From assembly GCF_009914755.1 (NCBI RefSeq), contig NC_060947.1: DNA of 64,000 bases, one strand, 5' to 3'. The translations under genes and the position numbers were made by a program. This document shows positions 57,985 to 64,000 of the stretch, piece by piece (the stretch's first letter is position 1; every line of letters starts with the position of its first letter). The DNA is from the human T2T-CHM13v2.0 reference genome, Homo sapiens. The notes under the pieces are model-generated. The model was not told the DNA's origin. It saw only the letters and a program-made list of their open reading frames with translations, and ran no database searches.

Positions 57985-58260
57985 TAGACATAAAGACTGC
58001 ATATTGTTCGGTTTCATTTATATGAAATTCCCAAAGTGGGCAAATTTATAGGGATAGCAAATTCGTGGTTGCTGGAGGATTGGGAGTGGTGGGTGACTGC
58101 TAATGGGTATGGGGTGGGGTTTCTCTTTGGGATGATAAAAGTGTTCTAAAATTGATTGTGGTGATGGGTGGCACAACTTTGGATATACTAAAAACCTTTA
58201 AATTGTACACTTGAAAAGGGTGAACTGTATGGTATGTGAGTTGTAGTAAAACAGTTAAAT
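57985..58260 (+). mobile_element. L1MB-like extreme 3' end
   Basis: ttcatttatatgaaattccc...gactgctaatgggtatgggg...aattgtacacttgaaaagggtgaactgtatggtatgtga. Confidence 0.85.
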
Positions 58261-59250
58261 GAAGGGAAAATGAGGGATTTCGTCCTTTATATTCATTTTA
58301 AATTGAAATTTTTTCATGAAAATCAGAAATAGCAGGAAGACTCATCATTCTTTTATGGCCCATGAATAAACAGGGTGGTGACGTTGACTGAGTTGACTGT
58401 ACAACCAGGATTTTAGATTTTTTCTACTGACTTGATAGTAAGAATTTAACTTTTTGTTTTAAAATGTTGACTTACATTAGTGAAGCATTTTAAATATTAA
58501 AGTATCTATACTAAAAGGTAGTTTTATATCTGTTACTGAAGAAAATCTGCCCCTAATATATAGTCTTGTTTTGTCAATAGAAAAATTTCAGAGCAGATAC
58601 ATCTGACTTGCTCCATAGTTCATCTCATCCATTCTGCTATCTCTGAGAATAATGGGTTATTTTGCTTGGACATGAACTTAAGGTTAGAAAGGTTTTTCAA
58701 AGCATATTTTACGATTTTGTCTGAATTTAATTCATTTTAGTGTTATTCATTAATCTTTTTAAAAAGTTACTTTTAATTTTGCATTGTGCTACCTGTAGGT
58801 AGTTTCAGCTCTTCTAAGTTGAGTATCTCTTTCTATAAAGACGTATTTTGCTCTAATTGTTAATTTTCAAGCATCAGTGGTAGTTGCCTAGTTCCAGTGT
58901 TCTGGGATTTGGTGAACTAGTATACATGTTTGCCCCATCATGACATTTCACAGTATTGTATATTTGCCGCATAATCATTCACCAGATAGTTGTGAGTTCC
59001 AGTGTGCGCCAGGATACAGCCACGAACCAGACAGACACAAGCCTTGGCCTTGTAGTGTTGAACTCTCACGGGGGAATCCTGACAGTCCTAACCTTGTAAG
59101 ATGGCCCCTATCTGGCCATCTCCCCACCTCTTCATCCTGGTGGCTGTCTTTTTCTGTGACTTCGTCACCTTTCTTGACTATTTCTTAAGGACAGTAGCCA
59201 GTACTGTGAAGCTGTTAAATCCCACTAGATTTTGTGCCAAGGTGTGTTAA

Positions 59251-59379
59251 CCCATTTATGCCTAGTGTTCCACTATTGGAACGCTAAGCTTGTGGGAGTT
59301 ATTTACATCCTGCTGCTCAAGGTCATCACCAAGGTCTGATTTTTCACAAAAATAATTTGCAACCTCCGGCATAAATGGG
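59251..59379 (+). mobile_element. MER85 piggyBac MITE, full length
   Basis: TTAA TSDs (59247-59250, 59380-59383), perfect TIRs CCCATTTATGCC/GGCATAAATGGG, internal palindrome GTTCCACTATTGGAAC. Confidence 0.95.
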
Positions 59380-60245
59380 TTAATGTTCTCCATTGCTGGA
59401 TTTTGTTAGTGTGTCTGGTTGCTCTTAATACAGCCTGGCAAAAAGATATTTATAAATATCCACAGTCACCTTGTTGAATTGGATGTGGTTTACCTCCCGC
59501 TGACTTTATATGTATCTATCTGTGTCCTAAACTTTGATAAAATAACCAAAGCATTACTTAGTGTTCTGTTGTTGCTGTAATCTTCTTAAGTCTAAATAAA
59601 TCCTTGCGTTAAAATGGTATTTGTGTATGTTCTGAATAGAATGCTTTCATTTATGCCTGAATTGTGATGAATATGCATTATTTAAATGAAGTATATACTT
59701 TCCCTAGAAAATACTGATTAAATCAAATCTTACCAATTTGATTTCAGTCAAATCCATGCCACTCTAAACTGCCATCATTTGGAGAAAACAAAATTCTTAA
59801 TAGAGAAAATAGTGTGAGTTAAATTGTCCATTCTTTTTTCATTCTGCTCGGCTGCCTCTAAATTATCTTTAAAAAATAAGGAGTATGGAAATTTGAGGCC
59901 TGTTGCACAATTAATAAGCATTAAGTTTTTTTAGATGGCAATTAGAGCACTACGAATTAAAATTCCTGGAATGTGTATGGCGTCTTCTGCTGAGCTCCCC
60001 CTTGTGCATTTAGCTCCCCTTGTCTGTTCTCCCCTAGTCCCCTGCACCTTTATTGGAGCTCTCACATACTGCCTGTGCTCTGGTTCATCGTTTCTATGTC
60101 TTATTACCACTGGGGCCTAGTATGGAAATAGAACCTGTAAAGTAGTACCGTTTGCTCTCAGTTGCCATATTTAAGTCTCAGATGTCACATATGTTTGAAA
60201 TTGCATACAAATTCAGTTGATATTGAATGTTGTGTTTCTTGGTAG

Positions 60246-60255
60246 AGTTTCCAGG
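60246..60255 (+). other. MTM1: MTM1 exon 2, 5'UTR part
   Basis: Acceptor tgtgtttcttggtag then AGTTTCCAGG before the ATG. Confidence 0.9.
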
Positions 60256-60318
60256 ATGGCTTCTGCATCAACTTCTAAATATAATTCACACTCCTTGGAG
60301 AATGAGTCTATTAAGAGG
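60256..60318 (+). CDS. MTM1: Myotubularin (PI3P/PI(3,5)P2 3-phosphatase), first coding exon (exon 2); CDS continues beyond the window
   Basis: ATG in strong Kozak context (AGGATGG); translates to MASASTSKYNSHSLENESIKR, the myotubularin N-terminus; phase-0 donor AGG|GTAAGT. Confidence 0.97.
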
Positions 60319-60405
60319 GTAAGTTGAATTTTCAGATTTATCTGTCTCTTTCCTTGCATTTATTTTGATATTTGAATATTAGGTCATTTTGGGCTGGCCT
60401 ATTGA

Positions 60406-60800
<395 letters not shown>

Positions 60801-61284
60801 TAGAATACCTTATATGTGTTAAGTGAGTTTTACATTTGTAAATCCTTTCACATAACTTCATTTTTGAAAACCTCTGTCTCGTGAAATTACTGCTAGACCT
60901 CATGTTTAAGGTACTAGGCAATCCTCCACCTGGAAAGGTTGCTGAAGGACATACTGGAAGGCTAAGGCCTGCTGAGCAGGCTGCTACGCCTTCCTAATTA
61001 TTGGCATTATTTTCTAATTATGATAAAATTGTTGCATAACCAAAACAAATACAACTTTAACAGAAAATGGTTCAAGGTATCCAGGGGGAGATTGTGTAAT
61101 TAGAGGGAGATTTTGGAATGTGCATTCAAAGGAAGGGATTAATTTAAAATAAGCTTTATTCATGGCCCTTTAAGGCCCTAAGATTATCCACCAGAAAGGC
61201 TAATTTATACTCCCACCAGGTGGATAGAGATGCCTAAGCAATCAGAAGGGAGCAAAAGGTGATCTTTTCATTGGTATTTCTTGA

Positions 61285-61622
<338 letters not shown>

Positions 61623-61661
61623 GTGTGTTTGTTATTAGTTTGCATTTCTCTTGTGAAGTGA

Positions 61662-62102
<441 letters not shown>

Positions 62103-62819
62103 TGATTTATTGTTGGCCTTTTAATTGTATTTATGGTATTTTGATTTTGAAATACTGAAGTTTAAAGTTTTTATGTGATCACATATATCAATCTATATTT
62201 TCTGTTTTGGGTGCCTACAAGGACCATCCTCATCTCCAAGATTATATGTTTTTATTGTATTTAAGTATTTTTATGTTACCAGAATCAGTTCTAAACACAG
62301 GAGTAATTTCAAGAATGTAACTATAAATCCTTTGTGTAATGCTGCTCTGGTATAATGTATAGCCTATGTTAATCCCATGTTATCCTGTTTTAATCAGACA
62401 TTCACTTCCCTTATTTTGTGGTTGACCTAGAACTGTGGTATTTAAAAGGTATACTGAGTATTGCATTTGCTCGTTATGCCTGTTTTTAGTTAGTGAGAGG
62501 GAGTGTTAAAGGGTGATAATTTCTTTCCTCTCTTACAATTTATATAAGGTGTGTGGTTTTGCTTCTCATTGAGGAAGGCATTCCTGGCTGAGAACAGTTT
62601 GTCTTGCCCAGCTGGTTAAAATGTTTAGCTTGCAAGTACTAGAAAATTTTTTAAATTGGCTAGGAATTTTCATTCTTGCCTCTGAATGAAAAAAAAAACA
62701 TTAAAGATTCAGCATAACACCCCTCTTTGACAGCTTATATCTCACCTGAATATACAATTCACATTTCTCTTGTTTCATAATAATTCTCTCCATTTGCATA
62801 GCCTCTGATAATTTACAGA

Positions 62820-63110
62820 AGTGTGCACAGTAGCTCACACCTGTAATCCCAGCACTTTGGAAGGTCAAGGCAGGCAGATCACTTGAGGCCAGGAGTTCAA
62901 GACCAGCCTGGCCAACATGGTGAAACCCCGTCTCTACTCAAAATGCAAAAATTAGCTGGGCGTGGTGGCACACACCTGTAGTCCCAGCTACTCAGGAGAC
63001 CGAGGCATGAGAATCTCTTGAACCTGGGAGCTGGGAGGCAGACGTTGCAGTAAGCCAAGATTGCACCACTGTTGCCTGGCAACAGAGCAAGACTGTCTCA
63101 AAAAATAAAA
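62820..63110 (+). mobile_element. AluS
   Basis: Sense dimer; TSD-like aagtgtgc. Confidence 0.92.
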
Positions 63111-64000
63111 GTGTGCTTGTATATATATTTTTTCACTTAATACTCACAAAACTGCTCTAACGGAAGCATGAGTAACTTCACTTATGAAATGATTGCAGTG
63201 TGATTTTGGACAACAAATAGAAAAAAATGAAATACTGCTGAAAAAAACTTTTTGCCCAAACAGATGTTAGTGATGTGCCTCAAATGTCATCAGACTAGCA
63301 CCTGCAACACATCTTCGTATTAATCCACTAGGGCAGCTGAATAACCTGAAAGACAATGGGTAGCTATGGCAAATTAGGCTCTGCGAACTCGCCTGCAGGT
63401 TGTAGTGGTTAATATTACTGTGCCCACCTAGCAGAGCTGTGGAAGTGATTGAATGAGGCACATGCTTGGGAATACCTCTAAAGCCAGGAAGCCTAGAGAA
63501 ATAGTAAAGTGATGTGAAGAATTTGTACAAATGGCTCCTAAGACTTTTGCCAGCTCAAAAGTTCTCTGACAGACCACTCTTACCTCTTATTAGGACAGGG
63601 ATCTTAGTAAATGTGAGGAAGTAAAAAGAGAGGAAGGGTCTTAGTGAAATAGGAAACGCAATAGGTAATCACAATGATTTTCGGGCATTGTAATAGGATT
63701 CTGGCTAATGGCTGTGCTGTTATTCAGTTAAGCCTCTGTGGAATTGAAGTTTTCCTTCCTACTCTTCCCAAAAGATGGCTGAATATGAAAAAAAGAAAGC
63801 TGCTACAGTGTATGTGTATCTATAGAACACACTTAATGTTTACTTTTTATCACTTTCCCGAAAGCTGTTAACTTTAAAGTGCTTGGAAATGTAGTTTAAA
63901 AATTAATATTATTGAAAAGCATGCTAGCATTATTTAATACTAGAAGTTGACACATCTAATTAATGTTGGTGCCAGATTGTAACTTTTTTGTTTGAATTTT

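Noticed and set aside
59935-60120. ttttttag|ATG ORF (61 aa) just upstream of exon 2 as an alternative N-terminal exon
   Set aside because: Ends in a stop with no convincing donor and has no similarity to myotubularin

Overview
Primate (human-like) genomic DNA, not microbial. The window covers the 5' end of MTM1 (myotubularin, Xq28) on the + strand: a CpG-island promoter (~36.35-37.45 kb), non-coding exon 1 (~36716-36781), a ~23.5 kb intron 1, exon 2 (60246-60318, ATG at 60256, encoding MASASTSKYNSHSLENESIKR) and the start of intron 2. The first ~36 kb is upstream sequence, which by established gene order lies between MAMLD1 and MTM1. It is dense in Alu, L1, L2, MIR, MaLR LTR and DNA-transposon relics and holds a second, orphan CpG island at ~15.5-16.2 kb. 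None of the ORFs in the supplied track looks like a real gene, and the one real coding exon is too short to appear in it. I found no convincing new multi-gene system. The most interesting observations are: two Alus inserted head-to-head at one shared target site; an ERV (MER21-like) transcript apparently retroposed by L1 machinery; an orphan CpG-island promoter with an E-box/CCAAT composite; a MEF2/E-box cluster in intron 1; and several candidate alternative or cryptic 5'UTR exons of MTM1. Repeat subfamily names come from recalled consensus sequences, and boundaries of old repeats are approximate.
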